Source of the DNA: Eledone cirrhosa
Taxonomy: Eukaryota
Assembly (NCBI GenBank): GCA_964016885.1
Contig: OZ024759.1
Coordinates: 27,528,001-27,592,000, forward strand
Reading direction: 5' to 3'
DNA: 64,000 nt
In this document: positions 25,312 to 38,969 of the stretch, in pieces
Layout: the number at the start of each line of letters is the position of its first letter
How positions within the stretch are numbered: the first letter of the stretch is position 1
The notes under the pieces: model-generated
Told to the model about the DNA's origin: nothing
Seen by the model: the letters and a program-made list of their open reading frames with translations, nothing else
The model's database searches: none
Translations under genes and position numbers: made by a program

Positions 25312-26660
25312 CTAGCAGTAAAGCCCGGCGTTGCTCGGGGTCGCTCAGTAGCTGTGTTAAAGTTACAATGTTAAGTTTCTTTTTTGGCTTAAAAACTGTA
25401 GTGTCTACTGTGCAGACTTGCATGTGGTGTTTTTGATTAATATTCCCTCAACCAACAATATGCCTTATGAAGTTAAGAAAACATAACGATAACCCGAATG
25501 TTATAACAAAAGAGGATGCTGGGGATAAAAACTGCACTGGTTATTTATTAACAAAGATCGAAAATGTAAACACTGCAACGCAGAGAAAAACATTAGCGTA
25601 ACCAAATTATCAGTTATGTCTGTCTGCACGCCTATATCACCTCTCTGCACGACTGTCTGTCTGCACGCCTGAAATATTTGCTTGTTTTACGTAGTCTTTA
25701 AATAGACTTGTTTTCAAGTAAAAATATTGTTTTAAAATGCTTTTAAATGGAAATGAAGCAAAACGGAAGCTTAGTGTTCGAACTGATGAATTTTGCAGGT
25801 CAATATTTTGCTGGCTCGACAACTGTTCGTGTATTGTGTTAATGTCATTTTAAACGCTGAGAAAGCCAGCGTAATTTTTTACGTAAGACGCTCAATGTAA
25901 ACAGAACAAAGGGAAATAACTGATAACTTACGCTCAAAAATCGATACATTATATTCGATTTCGTCACATAGGGTGGGTCAATTTGAAATATTTTTTTTCC
26001 GATGTCTTCGCTAGGGCTCAATGTACAAGTATAGCAATTTCGGTGCAATTCCGTCAGAGATTCTAAGAGGAGATGTGTGCCAAAAATCGATAGACAGACA
26101 GACAACCACAGCTTTATATATATAGATTAGATTCGATTTCGTCACATAGGGTGGGTCAATTTGAAATATTTTTTTTCCGATGTCTTCGCTAGGGCTCAAT
26201 GTACAAGTATAGCAATTTCGGTGCAATTCCGTCAGAGATTCTAAGAGGAGATGTGTGCCAAAAATCGATAGACAGACAGACAACCACAGCTTTATATATA
26301 TAGATTAGATTCGATTTCGTCACATAGGGTGGGTCAATTTGAAATATTTTTTTTCCGATGTCTTCGCTAGGGCTCAATGTACAAGTATAGCAATTTTGGT
26401 GCAATTCCGTCAGAGATTCTAAGAGGAGATGTGTGCCAAAAATCGATAGACAGACAGACAACCACAGCTTTATATATATAGATTAGATTCGATTTCGTCA
26501 CATAGGGTGGGTCAATTTGAAATATTTTTTTTCCGATGTCTTCGCTAGGGCTCAATGTACAAGTATAGCAATTTCGGTGCAATTCCGTCAGAGATTCTAA
26601 GAGGAGATGTGTGCCAAAAATCGATAGACAGACAGACGACCACAGCTTTATATATATAGA
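25312..26660 (-). mobile_element. Non-autonomous Helitron-type element with 4x178-bp tandem 5' end
   Basis: Minus strand begins a|TCTATATATATAAAG with (GTCT)n, ends with hairpin cccgagcaacgccggg + CTAG|t; A/T insertion site, no TSD. Confidence 0.82.
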
Positions 26661-26767
26661 TAACATTTGATATAGAAATGGTGGCTTCTACAGGACTAGA
26701 ACTGTTTTATTTGAAGGAAATGATAATTACTTACTGTGGTTACCCCCGATTGAACCCGAGACACACG

Positions 26768-26799
<32 letters not shown>

Positions 26800-26803
26800 C
26801 ATA

Positions 26804-27182
26804 TCATCATCATTTCATTTTTTTTTTCCATTTTACCCTGCTTGCAAGGGTGGGACAGGAACTGATTCTGGCTTGATTTCTACAGCTGAATGCCCTTCCT
26901 AACACCAACCTCATTTACAGTGAGTGCTGGGTGCTTTTTTGCCGTGGCACCTCCACGACCACTTTGCAGTGGAATGATAGGGACCCTATCATTTCTACAG
27001 CTGACCATGACTTGCTTATACATAACCGAGTCCTATCATCTTATTTCTACAGCTGAGTAAACTGGAGCAATGTGAAATAAAGGGTCTTGCTCAAGGAAAC
27101 AACACATCACCCGGTCTGAGAATTGAACTCACAACCTTTCGATTGCAAGGCCAATGCTCTAACCACTAAGCCATGTGCCTCC
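26804..27182 (-). mobile_element. CORE-type SINE copy
   Basis: Reverse-complement near identity to 6979-7367. Confidence 0.8.
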
Positions 27183-27554
27183 ACTATATATATATATATA
27201 TATAATGTGTGTGTGTGTGTGTGTGTGTGTAAAAAGCACCCAGCCCTACACTGTAAAGTGATTGTATACTTGTCACTATAAAAAGCACCCAGTACTCACT
27301 GTAAATGGGGTTGGAACCAGCAAGGACATCCAGCTGTAGAAAACAAGCCAAACTCGGTTATGTATAAGCAAGTCATGGTCACCTGACCTGGCTTGCTCAC
27401 AACAGGATAACTCACATCTAACTCAAGCCAGTGTGGAAAAAGGGACGTTAAACGATGATGATATATAAATAACAAGTTTTAAATAAAATTCCTCAACATA
27501 GGAAATATACTGATAACATTCTTGTTTCATGAGGTCTGTGTGTGTATGTATGTA

Positions 27555-27608
<54 letters not shown>

Positions 27609-27772
27609 CACGTGTGTATGTATGTATATGTGTGTGAATATATATATATAGATATAGATATATACACGTGTGTGTATGTATGTATATGTGTGTGTGTGTG
27701 TATGTGTGAATATATATATATATAAATAGATATAGATATATACACGTGTGTGTATGTATATGTGTGTATGTG

Positions 27773-27853
<81 letters not shown>

Positions 27854-28108
27854 GTGTGCACATAAATAAATTATATATATATATATATATATAATATACA
27901 TGTGTGTGTGCATATATATATTTGCATGTGTATGTATATATGTGTGTGTATCTGGGAATCATGCTCATATGTATATGTATGTTTGTGTATCTGCTGCATG
28001 TGCGTGTGTGTGTAGCATTTAAAAAAAAGTTGAAATTTGATAACTTAGAAGATTGGGTTGCAACAATGAAGATGTCTCTTTTTTGCTAAGCAACAGACAA
28101 CAGGGATA

Positions 28109-28159
<51 letters not shown>

Positions 28160-28239
28160 ATATATGTGTGTGTGTGTGTATATATATATATATTAATCTG
28201 TTATTTTAATAAATATATATATATATGTGTGTATATATA

Positions 28240-28272
<33 letters not shown>

Positions 28273-28449
28273 TAATCTGTTATTTTAATAAATATATATA
28301 TATATATATATATGTGTGTGTATATATATATATATGTGTGGTGTGTGTATATATATATGTGTGGTGTGTGTGTATATATATATATATGTGTGTGTGTGTG
28401 TATATATATATATATGTGTGGTGTGTGTGTATATATATATATATGTGTG

Positions 28450-28485
<36 letters not shown>

Positions 28486-28726
28486 GAGGGAGAGGGATAG
28501 AGAAAGAAAGAGATAACAAGAGAGAGAATGAGGTAGGGAGGAAGAGAGAGAGAGATAAGGATGGGAAGAGAAGGTGAGGGAGAAAAAGAGAGAGGTAAAG
28601 AGCGAGAAGGAGGGACGAAGAGAGAGAGATAAGGAGGGAGGGAGGAAGAGAGAGAGAGATAAGGGATTATCATGTTTAGTTTTGACATAAGTTGTTTGTA
28701 TTGAAAAAACAATAGCAATTGTAGTA

Positions 28727-30319
28727 ATGATTGGTGGTGTGGTGGCTGAGTGGTTAAGCTGTCTGTTTCACAACCACATGGCTGGTGGTGTGGTGGCTGA
28801 GTGGTAAAGGTGTCTGTTTCACAACCACATGATTGGTGGTGTGGTGGCTGAGTGGTAAAGCTGTCTGTTTCACAACCACATGGTTGGCGGTGTGGTGGCT
28901 GAGTGGTAAAGGTGTCTGTTTCACAACCACATGATTGGTGGTGTGGTGGCTGAGTGGTAAAGCTGTCTGTTTCACAACCACATGGTTGGTGGTGTGGTGG
29001 CTGAGTGGTAAAGCTGTCTGTTTCACAACCACATGGCTGGTGGTGTGGTGGCTGAGTGGTAAAGGTGTCTGTTTCACAACCACATGATTGGTGGTGTGGT
29101 GGCTGAGTGGTAAAGCTGTCTGTTTCACAACCACATGGTTGGCGGTGTGGTGGCTGAGTGGTAAAGGTGTCTGTTTCACAACCACATGATTGGTGGTGTG
29201 GTGGCTGAGTGGTAAAGCTGTCTGTTTCACAACCACATGGTTGGCGGTGTGGTGGCTGAGTGGTAAAGGTGTCTGTTTCACAACCACATGATTGGTGGTG
29301 TGGTGGCTGAGTGGTAAAGCTGTCTGTTTCACAACCACATGGCTGGTGGTGTGGTGGCTGAGTGGTAAAGCTGTCTGTTTCACAACCACATGGTTGGCGG
29401 TGTGGTGGCTGAGTGGTAAAGGTGTCTGTTTCACAACCACATGGTTGGCGGTGTGGTGGCTGAGTGGTAAAGGTGTCTGTTTCACAACCACATGATTGGT
29501 GGTGTGGTGGCTGAGTGGTAAAGCTGTCTGTTTCACAACCACATGGCTGGTGGTGTGGTGGCTGAGTGGTAAAGCTGTCTGTTTCACAACCACATGGTTG
29601 GTGGTGTGGTGGCTGAGTGGTAAAGCTGTCTGTTTCACAACCACATGGTTGGTGGTGTGGTGGCTGAGTGGTAAAGGTGTCTGTTTCACAACCACATGGT
29701 TGGCGGTGTGGTGGCTGAGTGGTAAAGCTGTCTGTTTCACAACCACATGGTTGGTGGTGTGGTGGCTGAGTGGTAAAGCTGTCTGTTTCACAACCACATG
29801 GTTGGTGGTGTGGTGGCTGAGTGGTAAAGCTGTCTGTTTCACAACCACATGGTTGGCGGTGTGGTGGCTGAGTGGTAAAGGTGTCTGTTTCACAACCACA
29901 TGGTTGGCGGTGTGGTGGCTGAGTGGTAAAGCTGTCTGTTTCACAACCACATGGTTGGTGGTGTGGTGGCTGAGTGGTAAAGGTGTCTGTTTCACAACCA
30001 CATGGTTGGCGGTGTGGTGGCTGAGTGGTAAAGCTGTCTGTTTCACAACCACATGGTTGGCAGTGTGGTGGCTGAGTGGTAAAGCTGTCTGTTTCACAAC
30101 CACATGGTTGGTGGTGTGGTGGCTGAGTGGTAAAGCTGTCTGTTTCACAACCACATGGTTGGCGGTGTGGTGGCTGAGTGGTAAAGCTGTCTGTTTCACA
30201 ACCACATGGTTGGCGGTGTGGTGGCTGAGTGGTAAAGCTGTCTGTTTCACAACCACATGGTTGGTGATGTGGTGGCTGAGTGGTAAAGCTGTCTGTTTCA
30301 CAACCACATGGTTGGTGGT
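28727..30319 (+). repeat. 51-bp minisatellite, about 31 copies, SINE-head derived
   Basis: ggttggtggtgtggtggctgagtggtaaagctgtctgtttcacaaccacat; each unit has TGGCTGAGTGG. Confidence 0.95.
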
Positions 30320-30855
30320 ATTGTTTAAGAACAACAAATACATAATTAATAAAATGTCAAGTCAGTCAATCATATTGATGGCTTCCCCCCAGCCCCAGTG
30401 GACAGCAAGAGAAACGCGCTGGAAAAGCCATTCCAACTCGCAGGGCTCACATCTGCGGCTGGCCAGCTCAGCACCTATGGTGGTAAGCAGGGAGATAGCC
30501 CTAGGGCCGAGGACGTCTCCACTGCCAAGGGTACAACCGCAAACCTGTTGGAGAGCGACCGGTATTTGAGGAGTTTGGCCTCCTCAGCCCGACGTGCAGC
30601 AGAACCTGGGTTAGTCGCACCAGAAAGTGTCGGTGCAAGTGGCATCCCAGACGAGAGGTTTGCCACCGCGGAACAGGAAGATGGTCATGCCATCTGGCCT
30701 TTTGCCGTCCCCTCGGTCCAGCCCCACCAGCTCGAGCTTGGAAGGGAAGCCTGCAGCATCCAAGCCATGCTTTATGACCTCGTTGAGGGCAGTATGGGGT
30801 GGAAGGCAGCCGGCACTGTGGTGACAGGAAAGCGGGTGGAGGCCGAAAGAGTCCC
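30320..30855 (-). mobile_element. CRE-clade (restriction-like endonuclease) non-LTR retrotransposon 3' fragment
   Basis: GC-rich; minus strand DSFGLHPLSC...HTALNEVI...GLDRGDGKRPDGMT...GKPLVWDATCTDTF, frameshift, AARRAEEAKLLKYRSL...PLAVETS...LFQRVSLAV. Confidence 0.85.
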
Positions 30856-30899
30856 TGTCTGTTTCACAACCACATGGTTCTAGGTTGTGTCTTACTGTC

Positions 30900-31170
30900 T
30901 ACTTAGTGGTAAGAGTGTTGAACTTACGATCATAATGTTATGGGTTCGATTCCTTGACCAGGTTGTGTGTTGTGTTCTTGAGCAAAACACTTCATTTCAT
31001 GTTGCTCCAGTATACTCAGCTGTAAATGAGAACCTGGGGTTTAACCGTGTGATGGACTGATGTCCTGTCCAGGAGAGGAGTCTTCTACTGTCAGTCACTT
31101 AATGCCATGGACAATGCCCATCTAACCCATGCTAGCGTGGAAGATAGACGTTAAACGATGATGATGACGA
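30900..31170 (+). mobile_element. CORE-type SINE, diverged
   Basis: gggttcgattcc B box, cttgagcaaaacactt CORE-like segment, tail ccatgctagcgtggaagatagacgttaaac(gat)n. Confidence 0.7.
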
Positions 31171-32137
31171 TAGATATAGATAGATATAGAGAAAGATATA
31201 TATATATCTATATCTATATATATAGATATATATATATCTATATCTATATATATAGATATAGATATATATATAGAGAGAGAGATATAGATATGTGTATATA
31301 TAGAGAAAGATATAGATATATATATCTATATCTATATATATAGAGAGAGAAATATAGATATCTATATATATAGATATAGATATATATATATATAGAGAGA
31401 GAGAGAGATATAGATATATATATATATAGATATAGATATGTATATATATAGAAAAAGATATAGATATATGAATGTTTAAAAGTCTGAGAGCTTAATTAGT
31501 TGGTCTAGAATCCCAGCCATCAGCTATAGTTGAATGTCATGAGAGAGTGTGAGAAAGTTGACAGGAAAGACTCTTAAAAAGATATCTACTACATACCTAA
31601 AGACTTCATAGTGTTGTTAATGGTGGTGGTGGTGTTGTTGGTGGTGGTGGTGGTGTTGGTGGTGGTGGTGTTGTTGGTGTTGTTGGTGGTGGTGGTGGTG
31701 TTGTTGGTGGAGGTGTTGTTGTCTACTACATACCTAAAGACTTGATATCGTTGTTTGTTGTTGTTGGTTGTTGTTGGAGGCGGTGGTGGTGGCGTTGTTG
31801 TTGGTGTTAGTGGTGGTGGTGTTTTTAGTGTCTACCACATTGAAAATTAAGAGTACGTGTGGAGTGTGACAGAAATGAGAAGGTCATGTGATGTGACAGA
31901 AATGAGAAGGTCATGTGATGTGACAGAGATGAGAGGGTCATGTGATGTGGCAGAAATAAAGGGGTCATGTCATGTGACAGAAATAAAGGGGTCCGTGTGG
32001 TGTGACAGAGATAAGGGTTTGATATGGTGTCAGGGGTCAAGTAATGTTAGGAAATATCAAACATGATTTAGCTCAAAACTGAATTACCTGGAGATATAGA
32101 TATGGTGAGAATAGTAGAGATATCTTGTTTTATAATG

Positions 32138-32800
32138 TTACTACTACCATTACCACTACCAAAACTGCCATTACCACTACCACTACCATTACCACCACCA
32201 TTACCACTACCATTACCACTTCCACTACCACTTCCATTACCACTACCATTACCACCACCATTACCACTACCACTACCATTACTACCACCATTACCACTAC
32301 CACTACCATTACCACCACCATTACCACTACCACTACTACTACCATTACCACTACCTTTACCACCACCATTACCACTACCACTACCACTTCCATTACCACT
32401 ACCGCTATCACTACCAAAACTGCCATGACTACCATTACCATTACGACTACCACCACCATTACCACCACCATTACCACTACCACTACTACTACCATTACCA
32501 CCAACATTACCACTACCTTTACCACCACCATTACCACTACCACTTCCATTACCACTACCGCTATCACTACCAAAACTGCCATTACTACCATTACCATTAC
32601 GACTACCACTACCATTACCACTACCACTACCATTACTACTCTCACCACCATTACCACTACCACTATCACTACCGAAACTGCCATTACTACTACCATTACG
32701 ACTACAACCACCATTACCATTACCACTATTACCACTACCATCACTACTACCATTACGACTACCACCACCACCATCACAATAATGACCAACACCATCATCA
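32138..32800 (+). repeat. (ACC/ACT/ATT)n low-complexity repeat
   Basis: Trinucleotide composition; source of poly-T/poly-V ORFs. Confidence 0.9.
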
Positions 32801-33207
32801 TCAGTCCAAAGTGTACTGGGTCTGTTTTTGTCATCATGGCACCAACACTAGGGAGATTGTCATTTGACACAGCTGAAGTAGCTGGATGCCCTTCCCATCA
32901 CCAACCACTTTACAGAGTGTACTGGGTGTGTGTATTTTACCATACCATGGCACCAGCATGTCTGTGGCTCAAAAGTGAGAAATCTGCAACACATCAGAAA
33001 CAATTCAAATATCACCACCCACCACCCACTCACCTCTCTATCTTCCCCACCACACCCACCTATATCTCAGCAGCACCCAGATATTATGTATATATATATG
33101 TATATATATATATATATAGCTATGATGGTTGGAAAATCACTGACGAAGGACTATTTTTATCATATGTAACCCATGTGCAACCACGCAGTATTCTTCTGTC
33201 TTCTCAT

Positions 33208-33271
<64 letters not shown>

Positions 33272-33336
33272 GCGAGAAAAACCACAAACCCTCCATCTCA
33301 ATTCTACTTTTGAAAAGCACAAGAACTGCGTCTATA

Positions 33337-33381
<45 letters not shown>

Positions 33382-33437
33382 CCAGCATGGCCTCAGCCGG
33401 ATGGCTGGAACAGATAAAAGAATATATATATCATATA

Positions 33438-33652
33438 GGCGCGTGGTCGAGTGGTTAGAGAATTGGATTCGCAATTGTGAGGTTGTGAGTTTGGTTCCTG
33501 GACTGGGCGATGTGTTATGTCCTTGAGCAAGACACTTTATTTCACGTTGCTCCTTCTACCAGGAGTTGCAACTGATAGATAGTATTAGCAATTGGAAAGA
33601 CCTATGGAAACATTGTTTCCTCGGTCTGATTTGATGAAAGTCGATCGACTGT
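33438..33652 (+). mobile_element. CORE-type SINE subfamily with alternative tail (also 18563-18740, 59186-59405)
   Basis: tRNA-like head + ccttgagcaagacactt + tail gatagtattagcaattggaaagacc...aagtcgatcgact shared by three copies. Confidence 0.75.
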
Positions 33653-33712
<60 letters not shown>

Positions 33713-33918
33713 TAGTCAGGTGTAACAACAGTTACAGGTGGCGTGCTGTTCAAAGCACTCAATGCTAATACGAGGCGCGCCTTGTTTGGGTTGTATTCCA
33801 GAGTTAGAGCGGCTATAGTGTGTAGAGTGTAAATATACGTAAAAGAATCAAAGTCAGTGTTGCAGCATATGTACAAACTTTATTTGCATTTTACAATTGT
33901 TTTGATCTCAATCAGCTA

Positions 33919-34389
33919 GTCCGAAACGTTAAAACTCTCTTCTTAGTATTTCAAGTGTTAAACTAATATAGTTATTCCATGTACTCTACCGATTGTGTTG
34001 TTATTTATTTCTGTTTACCTTTTACATATCTCTCTCTCTATATATATATATATATGCTGGTTTTCTCATTGCTTCGGTGTCGTAGCTAGGCTTGCCTGCC
34101 ACAGTTTTCAATGTTATTTTTTACATACATACACATATATATCTCTGTCCCTTCAATCTATCTTATTTCTCATTCTTTCTTCTGATGAAGGACTAGCGTC
34201 CGAAACGTTAAGACCCTCTTCCTGCTATTTCAAGCGTTAACCTAATATATTCCTTCCATATACTGTACCGATTGTGTTGTTATTTATTTCTGTTTACCTT
34301 TTACATATCTCTCTCTCTATATATATATATATGCTGGTTTTCTCATTGCTTCGGTGTCGTAGCTAGGCTTGCCTGCCACAGTTTTCAAT
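33919..34389 (+). repeat. Direct duplication of about 190 bp starting at a hammerhead 3' half
   Basis: 33919-34112 and 34198-34389 share gtccgaaacgtt...cctgccacagttttcaat. Confidence 0.8.
34178..34213 (+). ncRNA. Minimal type-I hammerhead ribozyme motif (family A)
   Basis: tctt-CTGATGA-a-ggac-tagc-gtcc-GAAA-CG-TT-aaga: perfect stems I and II, AACGTT palindrome, GUU site. Confidence 0.8.
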
Positions 34390-34516
34390 TTGTCATGCCG
34401 TCTAATGAATGTTATTACTCTGAGATTCCTCATTGAGTGCTAGGCTGCACAATTCCTCATTGTACCTCGTTGGCTTGGCTATAGCCGAAGCTTCTATTTT
34501 ACTAAACTTCCATTCA

Positions 34517-34562
<46 letters not shown>

Positions 34563-35224
34563 AGTGTTCACAACATTCTACTGCTGTGTAAGTAGTGTTA
34601 TTTTTGCTGTTGATGTAATTGATATTGTTAATATTCAAGCATTCAAGGATCCATAATTGAAAAGGTATTATATTCTACTGAAGACTATTCAACAGAATTC
34701 GTAATATGCATATATGTAGGGTGAGCATAAAGTCTTTGAAACCACAAAACACACTGACCTTTTTGTTTCAGAGATACCATTTTGTTACTGAAAATTACAA
34801 CTCCTTCCTGTAGAAGAGAAAATGTAAAACATGTTCAGAAAAATTTTAAACTTGAAATTTATAAATTAAAACAATGAAATAGTAAAATCTCAAATAGTAT
34901 CTGAGATATGGTATTTTATAATCAGGGAAAGGCTTTATAGTCACTCTGTATATACAGGGGCAGTGCAGGTATTTCTGAATTGGAGGGGGGCAATTCGCCA
35001 ATTTAGTTGCAGTGATTTGTTTAGCTGTTATTATCAAATATTAACCAAGATATAAAAAATCTTTGATATGCTATAAACATTATATGTACATATATTGTAG
35101 CACATATACAAATAGATGTGTGTTTTGGTAGTTTGGGGAGAAAATATATAATTATTTGGTAGACCATGCCCCCCACTTAGTTCCTCTGTCCCTGTATATA
35201 TATGTATGTATATATATCGCATTG

Positions 35225-35877
35225 ATAGACACATTTTTCAAATGCTGGAGGGTGCTATAGAAGTGGTGGATAACTTCCGGTACCTAGGAGATCAGATTAG
35301 CATGGGAGGAGGGTGTTCCGAGGCCATAGTATCTAGAATAAGGACGGGTTGGAAGAAGTTTAGGGAGCTGCTTCCTCTGCTGACGAAGAAGGGTTTCTCC
35401 CTGTGTACGAAAGGCCGGTTGTATTATGCCTGTATGAGGAGCGCGATGCTGCATGGTAGTGAGACATGGGCAGCAACTGCAGAGGATATGCGACGGCTGG
35501 AGAGAAATGAGGCAAGCATCCTCCGGTGGATGTGCAGTGTAAATGTGCGTGAACGACCCAGCATGAATGTGTTGAGAGGGATAGAACGTAGAGTACAGGA
35601 GAGGAGACTGAGGTGGTATGGACAGGTGATGCGCATGGAGGATGACCGATGGGTGAAGAAGTGCCAGGAAATGCCAGTTGAAGGAAGACGTGGTAGAGGT
35701 AGACCACGAAAAACATGGGCGGAGGTGGTGAGAATAGACCTCAGATCGTTGAAGCTCACGGTGAAGATGACGAAGGACCGTGATGAGTGGATAGATGCTG
35801 TGCTGAATAGGACCCGTCCCACCCTTGCGAGCAGGGAAGAGCGGACGTAAAATGATGATGATGATGATGATGATGAC
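35225..35877 (+). mobile_element. RTE-clade LINE, 5'-truncated 3' end
   Basis: ORF: IEVVDNFRYLG...KGRLYYACMRSAMLHGSETW...RRLRWYGQVMRM...GRRGRGRPRKTW; stop followed directly by (ATG)n. Confidence 0.92.
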
Positions 35878-36282
35878 ATACTAACCCATGCTAGCGTGGA
35901 AAATCGACGTTAAACGAAGATGATGATGATGATGGTGATGATATGTGTGTGTGTGTGTATATATGTATATATATGTACATGTGTATATATATATATATAT
36001 ATGTATGTATCCAGGCCGAAACAAATGAGATCGTGTAGGTGTCACGACAAAAAACACACAGTCCACGCTGTAAATGTGGCCGTGTAGGCAACACGGTAAA
36101 AACCTCCCAGCCCCACACTGTAAATGTGGTTGGTGTTAGGAAGGGCATCCAGCTGTAGAAAACCCGCCAGACAGTCCTATGCGAGCAAGACAACCACTCT
36201 TGCCTCAAGTGGGAAAACCCCCGTCCAGAACCATGCAAGCGTGGAACACGGACGCTAAACCTGATGATGATGATGATGATGA

Positions 36283-37482
36283 CCCCTTAGCCTTTGTCAA
36301 GGCAGAATTCTAGGAGAAGGAAAACTCTGATATAACACCTGCAACCCTGATGGTATCCAATGATGTTGACTTGTTCTTCTTTTTGGTAAATATCATCTTG
36401 GTTAAGAGAGTGGGACTGGCTTTGTGCAGTGCCTTTGCTCACTATAAAAGCTTCACGGCACAGGCATTGCTTTATATCTGGAGATCTCTCTGCACTTGTC
36501 ATCACATGGTACCATGGGCCCAGCACTATGTGTCAATAATTGTCACAAGTGTAGTGTTTGTACCAGAGTTTTCAAGTCGCTGGCTGGACTAAAAAGTCAC
36601 ACTCGTTCAGCGCATCGGTAGGGGTTCTCCTACATGGATATAAAGTAGTGGCCGTACTCGAAAACGAGTTGGCAGCCACCATGTATGTATGTATGTATGT
36701 ATATATGTATGTATACATGTATGTATATATATATGTAGGTATATATGTGTATATGTATGTATATATGTATGTATATATGTATGTATACATGTATGTATAC
36801 ATGTATGTATACATGTAATGTATACATGTATGTATATATATATGTATGTATGTATGTATGTATATATGTATGGTACCAGTAGCACCAACTGGTGACCTGA
36901 CATATATCCCAGTACAACCTGTCTCGTGGTCGGGTCGTTGGCGACTAAACTGGCAACCCCACCAAGGTTTCTTGGTGAGGAGGGTGACTTTGGACCTCTT
37001 GCAGGACTAAAAACAAAACCTGTCAAAGGGCAAAGGAGCTCTTAAGAGTCAATAGCCATCCAAAATCACTGGGAGAGATGGCCCCTTAGCCTTTGTCAAG
37101 GCAGAATTCTAGGAGAAGGAAAACTGATATAATACCTGCAACCCTGATGGTATCCAATGATGTTGACTTGTTCTTCTTTTTGGTAAATATCGTCTTGGTT
37201 AAGAGAGTGGGACTGGCTTTGTGCAGTGCCTTTGCTCACTATAAAAGCTTCACGGCACAGGCATTGCTTTATATCTGGAGATCTCTCTGCACTTGTCGTC
37301 ACATGGTACCATGGGCCCAGCACTATGTGTCAATAATTGTCACAGGTGTAGTGTTTGTACCAGAGTTTTCAAGTCACTTCACTGGCTGGACTAAAAAGTC
37401 ACACTCGTTCAGCGCATCGGTAGGGGTTCTCCTACATGGATATAAAGTAGTGGCCGTACTCGAAAATGAGTTGGCAGCCACC
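36283..37482 (+). mobile_element. Two copies (one 5'-truncated, one full) of the same 600-bp retroposon
   Basis: 36283-36680 and 36872-37482 both end ...gagttggcagccacc followed by (ATGT)-rich tail. Confidence 0.7.
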
Positions 37483-37520
37483 ATATATGTATGTAGGTAT
37501 GTATATAATATATATATATA

Positions 37521-37593
<73 letters not shown>

Positions 37594-38041
37594 ATGTGTG
37601 TATGTATGTGTGTGTATATATATGTGTGTGTATGTGTGTATGTATGTGTGTGTATATATATATGTGTGTATGTATGTATGTATATATGTATATATACATA
37701 CATAGCCTACTTGGCCTTATAAATTTTACCATAACAATGTGATCATAACCTTGAATTAAAACTAGATACACAAACATGTATGTGAGTGTGTATTTGTATG
37801 TGTGTATATTTGTCTGTGTGTATTTGTATGTGTGTGTATTTGTATGTGTGTATATTTGTGGATATACATATGTCTACATTTGAGTATGTGTGTGTGTGCA
37901 TGTATTTGTATGTATATTTGTGACCTCGCTAAGACTGGAAGAGGAGATGACGAAGGAACGCAACAAGGGGAGAGATGCTGTGCTGAGAAGGACTCATCCA
38001 ACCCATGCAAGCATGGAAAAGCGGTAGTAAAAGCGATGATG

Positions 38042-38121
<80 letters not shown>

Positions 38122-38232
38122 TTATACATGTGTGTATGTGTATTTATGCAAAAAGTAAACAGAAACAACAAAGCAAACAACACAGTATAATGAAGAAATA
38201 TATCAGTTTAATGCTTGATAGTAGGAAAAGGG

Positions 38233-38268
38233 TCTTAACGTTTCAAACACTAGTCCTTCATCAGAAGA
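38233..38268 (-). ncRNA. Minimal type-I hammerhead motif (family A, weakened stem II)
   Basis: Reverse complement tctt-CTGATGA-a-ggac-tagt-gttt-GAAA-CG-TT-aaga; stem II has two G.U wobbles. Confidence 0.65.
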
Positions 38269-38969
38269 TGGGGTGAGAAATAAAAGATAAAAATAGAGAT
38301 TAAGAAGAGGAAAGAATGGGAAAAATTTTTTTTTTTTTTCTTAGAAAAAGCATGTGTATTCAGTCAGCCATTATGTGCCTGTGAGTGTGTGACTGTGTGT
38401 GTGTGTGTGAGAGAGAGAGATTATTTCCTCTCACTTTTCAGGCATCCTCTCCTTCTCAACATAATAGCATGTTAGCAGCCTGTCAATGACCTAAATGTTG
38501 CTATTAAAAACCAACCAACCAATGAATGGGTACTCAAACACAGTGCACTGTGTGTTGTTGTTGTGTTGAACCTCCTTCGATTGTGACATTGTGATGACGT
38601 ATGCTCTAGTTGTTTGACCAAACACAACAGCCAGCTTGGTTACTTAACATAAGTGTGGCTGAGTATTCCACAGATGTGAGCTCCAGTTGTTTGACCAACA
38701 CAACAGCCAGCATGGGTACTTAACACTAAGTGACTTAGCATTCCATAGGACACTGTGTAACACAGCTGACCCTTTGAATTAAAGGTATGACTCATTTTTT
38801 GCCAGCTGAGTGGACTGGAACAACAAGAAATAAAGTATCTTGCTCAAGGACAAAACAAACTGCTTGGCTTGGGAATTGAACTCATGACCTTACAAAAATC
38901 CTGTACCCACCACCCTAAACACTAATCCACACTTCCTGATGGAGCCGTAGGGGTGCCATCATAATCCCA

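Noticed and set aside
25845-26666. Four repeated 86-99-aa ORFs
   Set aside because: By-product of the 178-bp Helitron terminal repeat; no Rep/helicase similarity.
28727-30319. CRISPR-like array (also 50667-51121, 56515-56862)
   Set aside because: Units are contiguous with no unique spacers, no cas genes, eukaryotic context.
28754-30569. 529-aa and 357-aa repeat ORFs as real proteins
   Set aside because: Open only because the 51-bp unit is a stop-free multiple of three; the unit looks SINE-derived.
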